NCBI GenBank assembly: GCA_964016885.1
Contig: OZ024741.1
Span: 199,144,001-199,208,000 of the forward strand
Source of the DNA: Eledone cirrhosa
Taxonomy: Eukaryota
Length of the DNA: 64,000 bases
Direction: 5' to 3'
Shown: piece by piece, positions 28,997-43,360 of the stretch
Numbering within the stretch: the stretch's first letter is position 1
How the letters are laid out: each line of letters starts with the position of its first letter
Notes under the pieces: generated by a model
Told to the model about the DNA's origin: nothing
Databases searched by the model: none
What the model saw: only the letters and a program-made list of their open reading frames with translations
Made by a program: the position numbers and the translations under genes

Positions 28997-29797
28997 CGTG
29001 TCCGTAAACAACTAATCAGCTTCTTCCGGGACTGGGGATTTAAAATAACCCTACAAACGTCACTAACCAAGTAAACTTCCTGGACGTTACTCTTAACCTC
29101 AAAAATGATCTGTACTACCCATACAGGAAACCAAACGACAACCTGCATTACATCCACCGCCGCTCTAACCATCCCAGAAACATCACCAATAACCCGGTTA
29201 AAAACATCTCCCTCCGCATATCTCATTTGTCCGCTAATGAGCAGATATTCGACGAACATGCACCTTATTACAATCAGGCCCTCAAGCGGAGTGGCTTCCG
29301 GGAGGAAATATCCTTTTATCCAGTTTCCATTAGCGGAACCAGCAGACGACAGCGCCGATCACGCAACGTAACGTGGTTCAATCCTCCCCACAATGCTGAG
29401 GTGGCAACACCCATCGGGAAAATCTTCTTTAGGCTCCTCGAAAAACACTTCACACTACAACACCGCTACTACAACATAATCAACAAAAACACCATAAAAC
29501 TCTCCTATAGCACCACACCCAGCTTCGCACAAAACATCGTCTCCTCTAACAACAAAAAACTCAACCCCTATGGAAGAAATAACCTAGACATCAGTGGAGA
29601 GCTGACCTACAATCTCACTTGGAGCTTACTGTCCAGAGCTAATTCTTACACGGGAGGACGCCGTCCGTGTAACTTATGCTCGGAGGAAACATTACATGCT
29701 GTTTTCGAAGGGCCAACTCCTAAACAAGAAAGCCGAACTGATAACCACATGCAAACACAGATTGCGTAGGACTTACCTCGCCTTCAAACCCCATAAC
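28997..29797 (+). mobile_element. Penelope-like element relic (RT thumb/linker, internally deleted GIY-YIG)
   Basis: NFLDVTLNL, SNHP, VTWFNPP, IFFRLLEKHF, INKNTIKLSYSTTP, CNLCSEE; homologous to 57164-59173. Confidence 0.88.
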
Positions 29798-30441
29798 GAC
29801 CCGGGTGGGTAGAGAAGGGTTGATACCCCTCACTTGCCGATTTTGTAAGGGGAAACCCCTGCTTACATAGGTAGACGTACCTTTTTCTTTTCCTCTACGT
29901 TTCCTTCTTCCCCCATCTCATCCTATCACTTCCTTCCACCCCTGATCTTCTTCCTCATCTGTTTTTCACCCTTCGCCTACCCCGAATTGTTCTTTGTGTA
30001 CCACTGAAAAATTTAGAATTCTACAAAACTTGAAAGCCACTTCAACTTGCCGGAACTCCAAGACCGATATTCTCAGATGTTGTCCTCACCTGAAATCACA
30101 TCTGCTCTGTAACTGGATTGACATTCCTATGAGGACTCAACCACCTTGAACTTCTCTGCTCTGTACGCCTTACATCCACTACCATTTTTATTACTCTCTG
30201 AACTCACTTTCTGTACTCTTATATTCTTTTTCTCCCTTATCTCCCCTTATATTTAAACTTTTTCCTATATTATTTATTTTCCTTATTCCCCCCTACTTTC
30301 TACCTTACCCTTTACATAACCACCTTTTTTATTTATAGATATTTATTTCTGTGTGTATGTATGTGTTGTGTATATGTGTATATATGTATATATATATATG
30401 TATATATATATGTGTATATAATTATATCTGTATGTATGTGA

Positions 30442-30493
<52 letters not shown>

Positions 30494-30556
30494 ATATTAG
30501 TGTGTGTGTATATGTGTATTTTATATATATAAATATATATATATTTATATATATGT

Positions 30557-30668
30557 AATGGCCGTCGAAACGGCTTGAGCTCTGCCGTCGGGGTCATACT
30601 TTTTCCGACGAACGAATGAGGATGTTTCTTGTATTCGTCTTATTCGGGAAACCTCTGGTAATGAGGTA
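30557..30668 (+). ncRNA. Two adjacent hammerhead-like motifs (3' half of one, near-complete second)
   Basis: GAAAcggc-ttgagctct-gccgTC (30567-30589), then CCGACGA (30605-30611), stem II cgaatgag/cttattcg, GAAA, stem III cctc/gagg, TA (30667-30668); stem I weak. Confidence 0.5.
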
Positions 30669-30969
30669 ATTATATTGTATTGTTTATTATACATTATATA
30701 TATATATATATATATATATCATAAAACATGTCTATAGAATCACCAGATAAAATATATACCATTTCCTCTCCCAACTAGCATAATTAACCATGTAAAAATC
30801 GATTAAACCAAGCTATAAGAATAAAGGCTTCTTCAGATGGAGGGTTTGTGTTTCTCTTGTGCTATGTCTCGCATCTAATTGGAGTTTGAAAATTCTTTCT
30901 TTTCCTTATATTTTTACCTGTGTGGGACATTTAAGAAAACCTTACTTTCTTTTATATATGTATTCATAT

Positions 30970-31858
30970 AAAAGAGCGAATAAAAAAGTAATGCCTTTTG
31001 TTTTATTGCAAGAAAAATAAGAAGATCACATCAGAAGATCACATTCCTACTTCTCAATATAGTCACCATCTCTTTTGATAACAACATTTCACCTGCAAAT
31101 GAGAGCATGTATCCCAGTTTCATAAAACTCTGCTGGCTGCTCATGAAGCCAATTCTTGACAACAGTTTTCACACTCCTCATCATTTCCATTACGGTCGCC
31201 TCTCCTCTTGATGCTTCTTTCATGGGACAGAAGAGGTGACAATCTGATGGTGTCAAATCAGATGAGTATGTAGGGTGCGGCAGAGTTGTCAACCCAAATG
31301 AGGTGATTTCCTCCTTTGTCCTGATGCTCCTGTGATCTCTGGCATTGTGTTAAAGAAGAACTTTATTCATCTCCAAGTTAGGTCTTGTCGAATTCTTGCT
31401 TTTAGTCTTTTTAGTGTCTCAATGTATGTTTCAGAGCTAAATGTTTCCCCTCTTGGCAAGAAATCAATAAGAATCCTTGAGTATCCCAAAAGACAGTCAC
31501 CATGATTTTTCTGGTTGACTTTTGTGCCTTGAACTTTTGTGTTTTTGGGGACATCAGATGATGCCATTCCATCGATTGCCTTTTTTACTCAGGTTCACCT
31601 TTATAAACATTTTTTAGTCTCTTGTGAATATTAACAGGGGTTTCTCCTTCAGCAACACAGAATCTAATTACTGCTCTTTGCTCCCGAGAGACTTCCAAGG
31701 GGACAGCCATCTTGAAATCAGCTCAGTCACTCATACAAATCTGAAATACAAAATTACATATTTTAGTCTGAAGAAGATATGTACCTTTACCTTTGTGCCA
31801 AATTTCAACTCATTCTATAAAAAAATGAGCCTGGCATTACTTTTTGACTGGCCATCGT
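30970..31858 (-). mobile_element. Degenerate mariner (DD34D-type) element
   Basis: LPHPTYSSDLTPSDCHLF (YSPDLAPSD motif), LIDFLPRGET..YIETLKRL; decayed TIRs containing aaaaagtaatgcc / ggcattacttttt. Confidence 0.85.
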
Positions 31859-33250
31859 GTATATATATATATATGCTTTTATGCCAAGTGTGTGTGCAGT
31901 TAAGATGCATCAACTGCATATGGTGAGTGTGCATTTGTTGCAGGAATGTGTGTGGTTAGTAGTAGAGCTGTGTCAATATGTTCATGCTTTTATTGCATAC
32001 ATATCTGTGACTTTGCAATACTCAACCACTTAGACTATTGTTCAATGAATATATAGTTTAGTTGATCATATATCTGGAATGTCTATAATTGAAACTAATG
32101 GAGGAACTATTTACTGCTGTAATTGTTTCATATTGTTTGTCTATAGTTTAGCTGAAAGTTAGAGTAGTACTTATATGTCTTATGTACAGATTAGTTTCTA
32201 GAAGTTGCAAATTTTGTATGTGTTAATGATTGAATATATATTTTACATTGCTCATTTGAAATCTATTTCGGGAGTTTGGCTACTGAAGGTCAGAAATTTC
32301 AATTCTGGAAACAACAAATGAAAACAAGATGTAACACAACTGTCCTTTATTGCACTGTTATAAATACATCAACACATACCTACATACATATGCACATTTA
32401 GTCACCCCTTTCTCTCTCTCTCTCTTTCTTTCTCTCAACACACATACATGGTTATACACATACCTACATACATATGTATTTCAGCCACCCTTATATACAC
32501 CTACTCTCTCTCCTCACAAACACAGTTATACACATATATATTTATGCAAATAACTTTAGACAGTTGCTGCTGCTTCCCCCTCCCTCTCTGGACCAAAAAT
32601 AACATTCCCTCCTTTATTCAAAACTGACATTCAGAGTAGATTTTGGTATCCATACAGTGCAGTATATGTAAATGTTCAAAGCTTACAATTGAACATACAG
32701 CAAAGCATCGGGGAAAATTTAAATATGTTCAATTAACAATTTGTCAATTGAAATCAATATGGTGTTCTATAGATTTCTCTGCCTGTAGCATGTCATAAAA
32801 TTTTACCGATTTTTCATTGAATCAAAGAAAGATGAAACAGAATCAGTATGATCTGAGAAGCTGGCGAGAGATTTATTGGAAAAATTATAACACCATTATT
32901 GATTCTAATTCACTTATTCCCCAACCCTCATCATTCAAATTCATATTGTCTACTTTCTCTTTTCTCTCTGTCTTTCCTTCCTCCATTTTTTAAATTTCTT
33001 ATTGAAAAAAACAAACAAACAAAAAACAAACTAGAATATATAATTGTTTTATTATTATTGCTAAAATTCTTCCTATACACAAGTCTTCTATAACAGTTAC
33101 TATACTAACTATTGACCATTCTATTACTTTCTCTACGATCACAACCACATTATCATTTGCCAGATACTATAATTAATACTAACTTTCATATTCTACTATA
33201 TTGGTTGCATTCACTACAACAGCACTACACGGCAGTGTTAACAATACACT

Positions 33251-33537
33251 CTACTACTACTACTACCATCACCACCACCACCACTACTACTACCATCACC
33301 ACCACTACTACTACCATCACCACCACCACTACTACTACCATCACCACCACCACCACCACTACTACTACCATCACCACCACTACTACTACCATCACCACCA
33401 CCACTACTACTACCATCACCACCACCACTACTACTAGTACTACTACTGCTGCTACCACAACTGCCAATACTACTACTCCTACTGATACCACCACCATCAC
33501 CAACACTACTACTACTATCATCACCACCAACATTACT
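33251..33537. repeat. (ACT/ACC)n compound trinucleotide repeat
   Basis: Direct inspection. Confidence 0.95.
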
Positions 33538-35033
33538 ATGAAATCCTATATATTAAACCACTGTTATGTATCCCTTAAACTACATCATTGCTATAGTCTA
33601 TAAACAACTACTATATTATACCTTATAATATACTCCCCTTTAACTCTGGACTGTGTCATTAAGGTGGTGGATTGGCAGAATTGTTAACACATTGGATAGC
33701 ATTCTTTACAGAATTTGTTCCAGTGCTTTTATATAATATTATTTTTGATATTTATTATATTATCACTGTAAGCACTTGCATGACTGTGTCATTAACATAA
33801 TTTGTTTTAAAACCAACTGGTTTTGGGTGCTATATGTCACTGGTGAAATCTTCGGCAAGTATCTTCTACTATAGCCTTAACCAAATTCTAATGAAAGACA
33901 ATGCTTTGGTATGTGTCTTCTCTACTATAGTCTTAACTATATTTCCAATGGAAAACACTACCTGTGATTTTCAAAGAGTAAAGAAAGAGATTTAGTAATG
34001 CCGAAAACTTTCTCATTATTTGTCTGGTGTTTGGAACATAACTTCAGAAAGGTTCTTACATAAGATTAAGATGGAAGGTTTTTATATAAATATAAGCAGC
34101 TTTGTATTTTAGAATCAAGGTCAGTTTTAGGCAGCTTAATATTGATGCCGTGTAAGTGAAATTTGGTGAATGGAAACTGCAGAAGCCTATCATATATGTG
34201 TGTGTTTGTGTGTGTCCATGCATATGTTTGCATTTGTATTTGTGCCTTTGTTTATATCCTGTAACTTAGTGGTTTGACAAAAAAAGATGATAAAATAAGT
34301 ACCAGGCAAAATACTGATGTCAATATGTTTGACTGAATCCCTTTAAGGTGCTGCCCCAATATGGCTGCAGTGTAACAACTGAAACCAGTAAAAGGATGAA
34401 AGAATATTTCTTAATATTAGGAATTATTAAATTTGATATGTGAACATATAAGGAATCTTGGTGGGGCTGAAGGTTTCATTCTTTAGCTATAGTGGCAGCA
34501 ATAAAAGTAAAAATCCTGATACTGTAATAGCTGGTCGCATAATCTGTTTTCTTGTATCTTAGATACAAAAATCCATTTCCAATAAAACTATTTACATATA
34601 TCCAATTTTAATTAGTAATAATCCGTGTTGTATAAGCCATTGCTGATCAATTTAATCAATTAGAACTAATTGATTCAATAAACGAAATATTTTCAAATGT
34701 TTGAGACATATAGTGTCATTGTCATCATCACCATCATCACCATTGTTTAATGTTTATTTTCCATGCCTGCATGTAATAAATGGGTTGTGATGTTCTGAGG
34801 ATAGACAGTTTAGATGACCACATCTTGCTCATACTTTCTCTTCTGGCTTCGTTTCTGTGGCAGGATGCCCTTCCTAATGCCAATCATTTCATGATATGTA
34901 CTAGGTGCATTTTATTATGAAACCAAGCCCCAATTTGGTAAGGTAGTGCATGTTGTCAGTAATTTCAATTTCAAAAGCTTAGGTGTTCAATTTTAGGAAG
35001 TTTCATATAACCTGTAATATATTTTGTTATTTT

Positions 35034-35398
35034 GGGCGGTGAATTGGCAGTATCGTTAGAGGGTCGGACGGCATGCTTTGCGACAGAGTTACGGCCCTTT
35101 ATCATCTGAGTTCAAATCCCGCCGGTTAACTTTGCCTTTCATCCTTACGGGGTCAATAAAATAAAGTACCAGTTACATACTGGCGCCGATTTAATTGACT
35201 TTCCCTCCCCCAAAATTGCTGGCTTTGTGCCTATATAAGAAACCATTATTTTGTATCAAATCCTGCCGATGTTAACTTTGCCTTTCATCCTTACGGGGTT
35301 GATAAAATAAAAGCACCGGTAACGTACTGGGGTTGATTTAATCGACTTCCCCTCCCACCAAATTACTGGCCTTGTGCCTATACTAGAAATCATTATTT
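35034..35398 (+). mobile_element. tRNA-type SINE plus tandem partial second copy
   Basis: A-box-like tggcagtatcgttag, B-box-like gagttcaaatcc, conserved body ttaactttgcctttcatcc...ataaaataaagtacc, (ATT)n tail. Confidence 0.8.
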
Positions 35399-35635
35399 TG
35401 TATTAATACATAAGCAGCAATTAATAATTGTTGGTGTAAGTTTGACAGTCATGCCCATCAATGAGACCTTAACTGATGGGGTCATTGCTGTGCTGATGTG
35501 TCATATGACCAGGGGCGATGGGTGCGTGCATGCAACGTGTGCAGTGCATGCATTATAGAATCTTGAGTTGATCAATTGCATCGGTTGAAGCAAGCAGAAT
35601 TTTGACTGCTTACTAAATCGTAGATACATAAAAAG

Positions 35636-35686
<51 letters not shown>

Positions 35687-36057
35687 CAGCATCAGTTGAA
35701 GCAAGCAGAATTTTGGCTGCTTGCTAAATCGTAGACACATAAAAAGATAACACACACACACACACTAGATAACACTACATGCGGCTTTGACCGGGAGAGT
35801 CATTTAGAGGGAAATGGGGGGGGGGGGGTAAGGCTGCACAGCCCCACTTTCCGCCATGGCGATTGGACTGCATGCCTTGCTTTCCAAGTTACCCTTCGCT
35901 CTGTATATGACATGTCTTAGGTATTTAAACCTATGGGAGCTGATTTCTTCCATAGAAGAGAGAGAAAGAAAGAAAAAGAGAATCAATTCTAGTATTGAAC
36001 TGGTAATTTATTTATTGATCTCCAGGATGGAAGATAAATTTGACATTGATTAGATTT

Positions 36058-36280
36058 AACGCTTTAGCATTTACATTACTTTATATCTATTACTATAGTT
36101 TCATGGTAAAGGCTTTACCTCACATAATTATCTCACATAATATCGAATCTAAGAGGTTTTGATATTTATTTGGAGACCAATACCTTAACATCAGTATGAG
36201 TGGTTGGTTACAACCAGTTTGAACAGAAAGAGGTGAGAGAATTATGGTCGGGTATGGCTGGTTTAAATGCTAAAGGGTTA
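36058..36280. mobile_element. piggyBac-like MITE
   Basis: TTAA flanks; TIR c(g/c)ctttagcattta / taaatgctaaaggg. Confidence 0.75.
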
Positions 36281-36599
36281 AACTCAGAGCATCAACAGCT
36301 GGAAAATATACTGTAAAGAATCCTTTCCATTATTCCTATGACTGCCACTTTGCTGCCTATAATTGTGACAACTAGTTAGCAGAATTAATAATGGAAGACA
36401 TCATAGTGTTTGAACTAAGGAGTATAGTATATGAAAATATACCTTTTATTACCATATTTTTATTGAGATACACTACACTGTATATTAATTAATTCATGGA
36501 AAATTAGGAAGGATTATTAATTATTTCATTATTAAGAAAGTATTTCTAAACATTTGAGAAATATAAAGTTATTAAGATTGTATTGATAACATAACTTAC

Positions 36600-39480
36600 C
36601 TCCTTTATACTCTCACAGCCAAATCAAACCAAAACCTTATCAAAATTATTAATAAACATAATAACTCTACTGGACAATCCTCCCCTTTCCTGGGGACCAA
36701 CCACAGACTTTGGTGCAACCTGAATTCACACACAATCCCTTATTAACACACAAATCTCTCACACATTATCTGTAAAGCCCTTTTCTGCAGTTCAAGACAC
36801 ACTCTGTTCTCCCATCACCCTTCACTCTCTCATTGGGATATCAGTAATAAGGACTTCTTATTCTTCTGGATCAAAGCTTACCTTCTTTGTTATTCTAAAT
36901 CCACCTGCTCCCTCAACTTCCCTGAGCAGATAATAAATCTTTGCTACATTTTATATATTCAATAACATGTATCTCTGATCAACACACAGAGACATTCCAA
37001 ATACGCTTTCTCATATCTAAAATTAGTCTTTACCAAGCTAACACTGTTTCTGTCTCTTGGATAATCTGATCACTGCCTTATCAAGGTCACACACCACACC
37101 CATAACCACTCCTCAACCAATATGAGTCCTTAAGTAATACTTCTGTTGAGTAAGGTTCTACATTTACTGTCTTCTGTTATTCAACTGACAAAACCTTCCC
37201 TTCTTCAATTCACAAGTTTTACTACCATGAACACGTACATATGATGTATCAAAACACCCAAGACCACAGGCCCCAGCAACACTCCTAATAACCTTGAACA
37301 TTTCATTCCAGAACTAGCCCTATATCTCATCAAACTCCTCATCCTTTTCCAATGATTTTCAGAAGCATACATTAGTATGTCCCATCACAAGATGGGCAAC
37401 CTCTCTGACCCTGCCAATGACCAGCATGTTACTTCCAACATCTTATAGGTAATGGGAACACTAATTAACCACTTCATTACTATGTTTCTATTGAAAATCA
37501 CTGCATATAATTATATTTTAAATCAAGTATTTGGCATGATTTAGTAATATAACTAACTTTCTTTTTATTTATCTGGTATTTGGAACATAGCTTAACAGGT
37601 GTTCTTACAAAAATTATTGGTGGAAGGTTTTGAATATTTTCCGGTTCTTAATGACTAGCAGTACAGTTTTGGGAGAACCAGGATCTACTGCTGACTTGCT
37701 TTCCTTTGTTATTCACCAGTGAACTTTTGTCATTGTGAACTTTCATCATCATTGATTTCATTTTTTTGTTCATTTTTTTTTAATCCTTGCATGTGTTGAA
37801 CAGGTCCTTTTCAACACATCATCTCTCCACTCATCACATTTCTTCATGAGTTCATGAGTCTCAGTGAATTGAGATCAGCTCTCACCACCACTGCCCAGAT
37901 CTTCCTTGGCCTTCCTTTATTGCAATTTCCTTCCACTGGAATTTCCTGGCACTTTTTTACCCAGTGATCATTAACCATTTGTATCACATATCTGTACCAA
38001 CACAGTCTTCTCTCTTGCACACCATTTCTGATTCTTCTTAAACCCAAATTCTCCCTCAGTTCATCCTAGCTCTGCATTTCTCTCACATTTACATTGCACA
38101 TCCAAAGAAGCATGGCTGCTTTATTTCTCTCCAGCCTACGCATGTCCTTTGCAGCCACTGCCCATTTTTTACAACCATACAGTATCATATTTCACACACA
38201 GGCATCATACAGTCCACCTTTTGTACATAGAAAGAAACCTTTTGTTGTTGACAGAGGATGTAACTCTCTAAACTTCTTCCATTCTAACCTTATTCTAGTT
38301 TTTATACTCTCTGTGAGTGTAAGCAATTTTGTTGGTCCTGACTTCAGTAATGAATTGAACTGTGTCTTGCATGAGGACCCCACCACCTTGCAAACTTCCC
38401 ACTTCATTAGATTATCACTTTGGGTGGTTTTCTGCTAGCATGTGTAGTGTGTATATTGATATTATACGCAAGTATATATACATGTAGATATGATACATCC
38501 AATAAAATCGTAATTGACAATATAAACAGAAATTGAATGAAGACGTTACACTGTCTTATGTAATCAGTAACGTAATCCACGATACATTAAAAAAAGACGA
38601 TATTATATATAAACTGCATTAGGAGAAAATTAGTGACAGAAAATTAGTATGTTTATTTAAGTGATCGCCACCGGAAGTGTTGACATCACACACTCTCTCT
38701 TTTTATATATATGGTAGTTGAAGTGGTGGTGGTGATGGCAACGATATACCGGAAGTGCAACTTTGAAAATAAGTCAATTTTAAATTATTTATTTTTACGA
38801 AATTATTTTTGTTTACGAAATTTAGTAGATAAATTATGTAATATTCATTCATTATTTATTCAAAGTAATCCAACTTATTTTACTATCGGGATAAAAAAAA
38901 AAAAAACCGTACGCAGTCCCGCAGACCTTCCTTTATTATAGTTTAGATTTGATGAACTGGAAGCTTGCCATCAGATCACATCACCTCAGAGTCAGTTGAT
39001 AATGCACTCTCTGATCCACACTCTATTAACTGTGGTCTAACCCAAGCTTCAGCTATGCCCCCTACATCATTCCTCCCTGTACATTAATGATGGATTACAG
39101 AAAATACTTAAGCTGTTATCAGTTGCACACCCTCTTTAAAGTTCAAATAAATCATCAAAGACTGCATTCAAACAAAAGCCCTCTGCTGGTTGATTTGCAA
39201 TGAATCGTATAGCAATACACTACAGCCTCTACCTCACAAATATATTGTATCCTCATTCGACTTCTTGTATCACTACTATTATAGCCTTTGCACTTTGTAA
39301 CTAGCTAATTATAAATCACCTCCATTCAAGCCTGCAGGATACAGCCATCTCTCCTATTGTTGTCATTCATTCGGTGTATTTTCCCCTGGACTCATACTAA
39401 TCATTAGGCTTAATCCTTTTCCCCAAGAATCCCAATACTCTGAAAACCTCACCCACCTATCCTTATTCTGTAGTCATTAA
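36600..39480 (+). mobile_element. Highly decayed CR1/Jockey-group LINE relic, interrupted by younger repeats
   Basis: Scattered motif remnants: KTTGP, PELA, SDPAND (NYRPI-like), GSTADLL, INCGLTQAS (VPQGS-like), INDGL. Confidence 0.5.
37760..38305 (-). mobile_element. Degenerate RTE 3' fragment
   Basis: WKKFRELHPL..KGGLYDACV; VQERRLCWY..KGRPRKIW. Confidence 0.85.
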
Positions 39481-39975
39481 ATGTATTGGTCTGACCAATG
39501 CTAGAGGGCCTGCAAAGGTCAAAGCTACTAAAAGTAACCTAAAAAAAAATTATCTGATGACTTAAGCCATGTGTATACAGTATAGATACTCCTGTTGGTT
39601 CTAAGATGTATCATGTGTATCCAGTTTAGAATAGGGACATCATATCCCTGCATTTTGTAAGAAGCAACTAAAAGGGTTGGTGTCAGAAAGGGTATCCAGC
39701 TATAAAACATTGCCTCAAAAAGTCCCATCTAACCCATGCTAGCATGGTAAAGTTGACATAAAAATGATGATAATGCTGACTTCTTATTTTCCTTTTCTTT
39801 TGATGTTTTGAATTACTTGTATATTATATAGTATAGATGTGTAAGCTTCATTTACCCTTTTATAACAATTGATATGCAAAAAAAAAAAAAGCATATGTGA
39901 TATCTAAAACTACTGAGGCTTTTTATATTTATATACATTATTAATCTGTTGAAAATAATTATCTTTTTTTCCCAG

Positions 39976-40115
39976 CATCTGCTTGGAGTTCGCCTTGAAG
40001 ATCTTGGTGGACGTCAAACTATATCCCGAACTGCGAGAAACAAACCTACTGTGGCTGACACATTTAAGCACCAACTCTCTGCCTTAGTCGATGTTCTGAA
40101 GTTAACGAATCCTTG
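39976..40115 (+). CDS. Internal exon, unconventional myosin motor domain (myosin-22/MyTH4-FERM-like), loop 2 region
   Basis: ttttcccag acceptor, gtaagt donor; HLLGVRLEDLGGRQTISRTARNKPTVADTFKHQLSALVDVLKLTNP+TG; phase matches the next exon. Confidence 0.93.
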
Positions 40116-40417
40116 GTAAGTCATCTATAAATGAAATAAATAATTCTGCTTTAAATAGATTATTTTTTTGAATAGCTCTTTGATCCATAAAGTTGGTATT
40201 GGCTTTTTTTGCAGGATGTTTCCTTTGGGATTTCCCCCTAGTCCTTTTATTCATAGGTTTTGAGAGATTGCAAGAACAGACTGAGATACAATTTATGTCA
40301 CATAACATTGTCTTTTCACATATCTTCTCTTTAACTGCCATAACTACCATCATCATTATCCCTATCATCATCATTATCGATACCATTGCCATCATCAAAC
40401 ATTATCATCAATGTTAT

Positions 40418-40625
40418 TGGCAGTGTCAGTAGAGTGTCGGACAACATGCTTTGCAGCATATAGTTACATCCCTTTATGCTCTGAGTTCAAATCACACCAA
40501 GGTTAGCTTTGCCTTTTATCCTTGTAGGGTCAATAAAATAAAGTACTAGTAACGCATTGGAGTCAATTTAATCGACTTTCCCTTCTCCCCAAATTTATGG
40601 TCTTGTACCTAAATCAGAAACCATC
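40418..40625 (+). mobile_element. tRNA-type SINE (family of 35034)
   Basis: ctgagttcaaatc, ttagctttgcctttt, gtcaataaaataaagtac, (ATC)n tail. Confidence 0.75.
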
Positions 40626-41397
40626 ATCATCATCACACCATCATCATTAAAAGGACTGAATCATTAATATAAAAAAAAAAATAGTATTGTTTCTCATGCA
40701 TTAAAAACCCTTCAAGTTTTATGAAACATTCAATTATCAAGAGTATATATAAAATATGAAAACTAGAATACACATTAACTCAGACACGTAAACTCACTCT
40801 CACATATCCATTCTTTTTCTCTTTATCTCTCCTTGAATTCCATAATGTACTCACATCAATCAAGTAATTCTGGTTTTAATATTTAAACAATTTTATGTGT
40901 AATTAAAGGTTTGACTTTAACAGCCAATAATTAATTCAGTCATGTTAATGAGAGTTTTGGATCTTGGCACTATAAAACATGAAACAACTTGTCATCTGTT
41001 TTACACCTGACCTTCTTAGACAACATGCCTTGCAATAAAGGTGAGACAGCCAGAGCTAGAAATGTTGATTAAATGCTGTATGACATGGGCTACCTAGTTG
41101 TATATCTTATTAAGGGTGGGGAGTAGTCAACAAAAACGTTTTCAAGAGTAACATGTTTTATACATTTATTTATATTTTTATTTAAATATAAAAAAAAAAT
41201 TAAAAAGACAAAAAAAAAACATCATCAGCAAAATCTGTATTCTTCACTATCTCTGTTGCCAAATAAGTGAAAGAGTGTAAAGGAAGAAGTTTATTGCCTT
41301 TCCCAAGTCACTGGATAACACCAAGGAAAAGCCACATTAGCTAATAGGTAGACACTTTATCAATTCCATCATTGCCATTCCTAAACAAAAATCATAT

Positions 41398-41642
41398 TAA
41401 CCCTTTTGATACCACCTGAAACCACCCTAGTTTTATGATACAAATCTGTTCATTTTCAAATGTTTGAACATCATATCAAAAGTGACCATCAGAATTATAT
41501 TTAACAAATTTTTCTTTAGTAAACATCAGTTTACTAATGGAAAAATAATTTATTTATTAAATCCCTCTTGAATTATTATTTTCAATATAAATTGAAACAC
41601 AGGCATTATATTTCATTAGAAATATGGTAACAAAAGAGTTAA
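41398..41642. mobile_element. Second piggyBac-like MITE family
   Basis: ttaa-cccttttgatacca ... tggtaacaaaagag-ttaa; related pieces near 4800-5005, 50020-50245 and 54200-54790. Confidence 0.6.
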
Positions 41643-42639
41643 TGCATGGCTCATAATCATCACTTGATGAAAAACTGAAAATAGCATAAACATTGTCTTA
41701 ATGTAGAAGATGGTTTTCTATTAGCCATACTAGTGATGAACTTAATAAACATGGCATGTTATATATACTTACACTCAATAAGTCATTGTGAAATTTTTTT
41801 TTTATCTCAGACACCAGTTTTCTAACCTCTAATGATTATAACAACAATACAAATAAAACAAATAATAATAAACAGGCCACCACCATCATTGCCACAATGA
41901 TATATTCCTGGACAATGTGGGAGAATGTTATCCAACATGCAGAACCCCAGGCACATCCCAGTGAAGAGAATAGAGAAACTGTTACCCCAGAGTATAGTGA
42001 GGGAGACACATTGAAATAGCCATTCCAACTCATAGGCCCACTTCAGCAGGTGGTCAACTCCATCTCCATAGCAGTATGTTGGGAGGTGGTTCTGTGACCC
42101 AGAATGTCAGAAGTCTCCACCATTATAGATCCAATAATAACCCTATTGGAAAGTAGTCAATACTTCAATAGCTTGCAATCTTCAGCTTGTTGGACAAATG
42201 TACCAGGTTGCTATTGGAGAAAATGTCACTACATGTTGCATTCCAGGATATTGCCACACATATCTGGATTAATAAGAATATTGTAACACAAACTAGTAAA
42301 CCTTTAGGTAATAATTATAAAAATAGGAAGACATGCACAGGTATGAATGGGCAAAACATTAAGCCTGTGAATATTATTCACTCAGTTAAAGACCACCCAC
42401 CTATATCTTATAATAATATAATAGACTCTTGTAGATACCCTGTAAATAATAGAAATAAGCTCCCCCCACCTAACACTAAATTTTGAATAAATACAAGTAA
42501 CAATCCTATATATTCAGTAACACTTCTTAATCACAAAATGGATAAAAGTGGCCTTAACATTATAATAAGCAACCACCTAACACAAATTCCCCAGAATAGG
42601 GAAAATGGTAGATTGAATAAAATAACTAGCACACACAAA

Positions 42640-43360
42640 TGAAAAATTTCCTGGTTCAACCCTCCATATAGCTTAAACATAGCCTCTAATATTCCCAAAA
42701 TATTCTTTAATATCCTAGAAAGAAATTTCCCACTGGACCACAAATACTATAAATTAATCAATAAAAATACAGTTAAGTTATCCTTTTCTACCACTCATAA
42801 CTTAGAAGATTATATTGCTTTTAGCAACCACCAGAAATTATACAAGCATAAATCATCCAATAATATAAATAATTCATTACAACACAATCTGCTTGATACC
42901 AACTCAAATAACATATCTGGTACTTCTAATACAAGCATGCTGATCATGCCTAGGGATACAAAGGTTAACACATTAAACTCTCCAGTTGATACCACCCCTT
43001 TATCCAATATAAAGTATAACTGTAGGAATCCTCATAAATATCCACTTGGCAGTTTATGCCTTATTAGCAATGTAGTATATAAAAACCCGGTACAATTCAT
43101 ACTTAGATTCATTTAAAAATAACAAGCTGAGGCACACTACTTCTTTAGCACAATATATTACTAACCTAATCAAGTCTAAAACCACCTATAAAATGCAGTG
43201 GGAAGTTCTTGATAGATCTACAATGGAAATAAAAAAATCACGCCATTTATGTTTATTGGAGGTGTTCTACATCACAATGTCGACCCCTAACCCCATCAAT
43301 ACTAGATACAAATTAGTAATAGAGTGTCTTCATCACCTCTCACATTCCTTCTTCAATAGA
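42640..43360 (+). mobile_element. Decayed Penelope-like element (linker + GIY-YIG region)
   Basis: ISWFNPPYSLNIASNIPKIFFNILERNFPLDHKYYKLINKNTVKLSFSTT; LCLISNVVYK; WEVLDRS..LCLLEVFYI. Confidence 0.8.

Noticed and set aside
33112-33603. Mucin-like Thr-rich or His-rich ORFs (also 52731-53462)
   Set aside because: Trinucleotide repeat translations without splice or domain evidence
35034-35125. tRNA gene
   Set aside because: A/B-box-like motifs belong to a multi-copy SINE head; no cloverleaf
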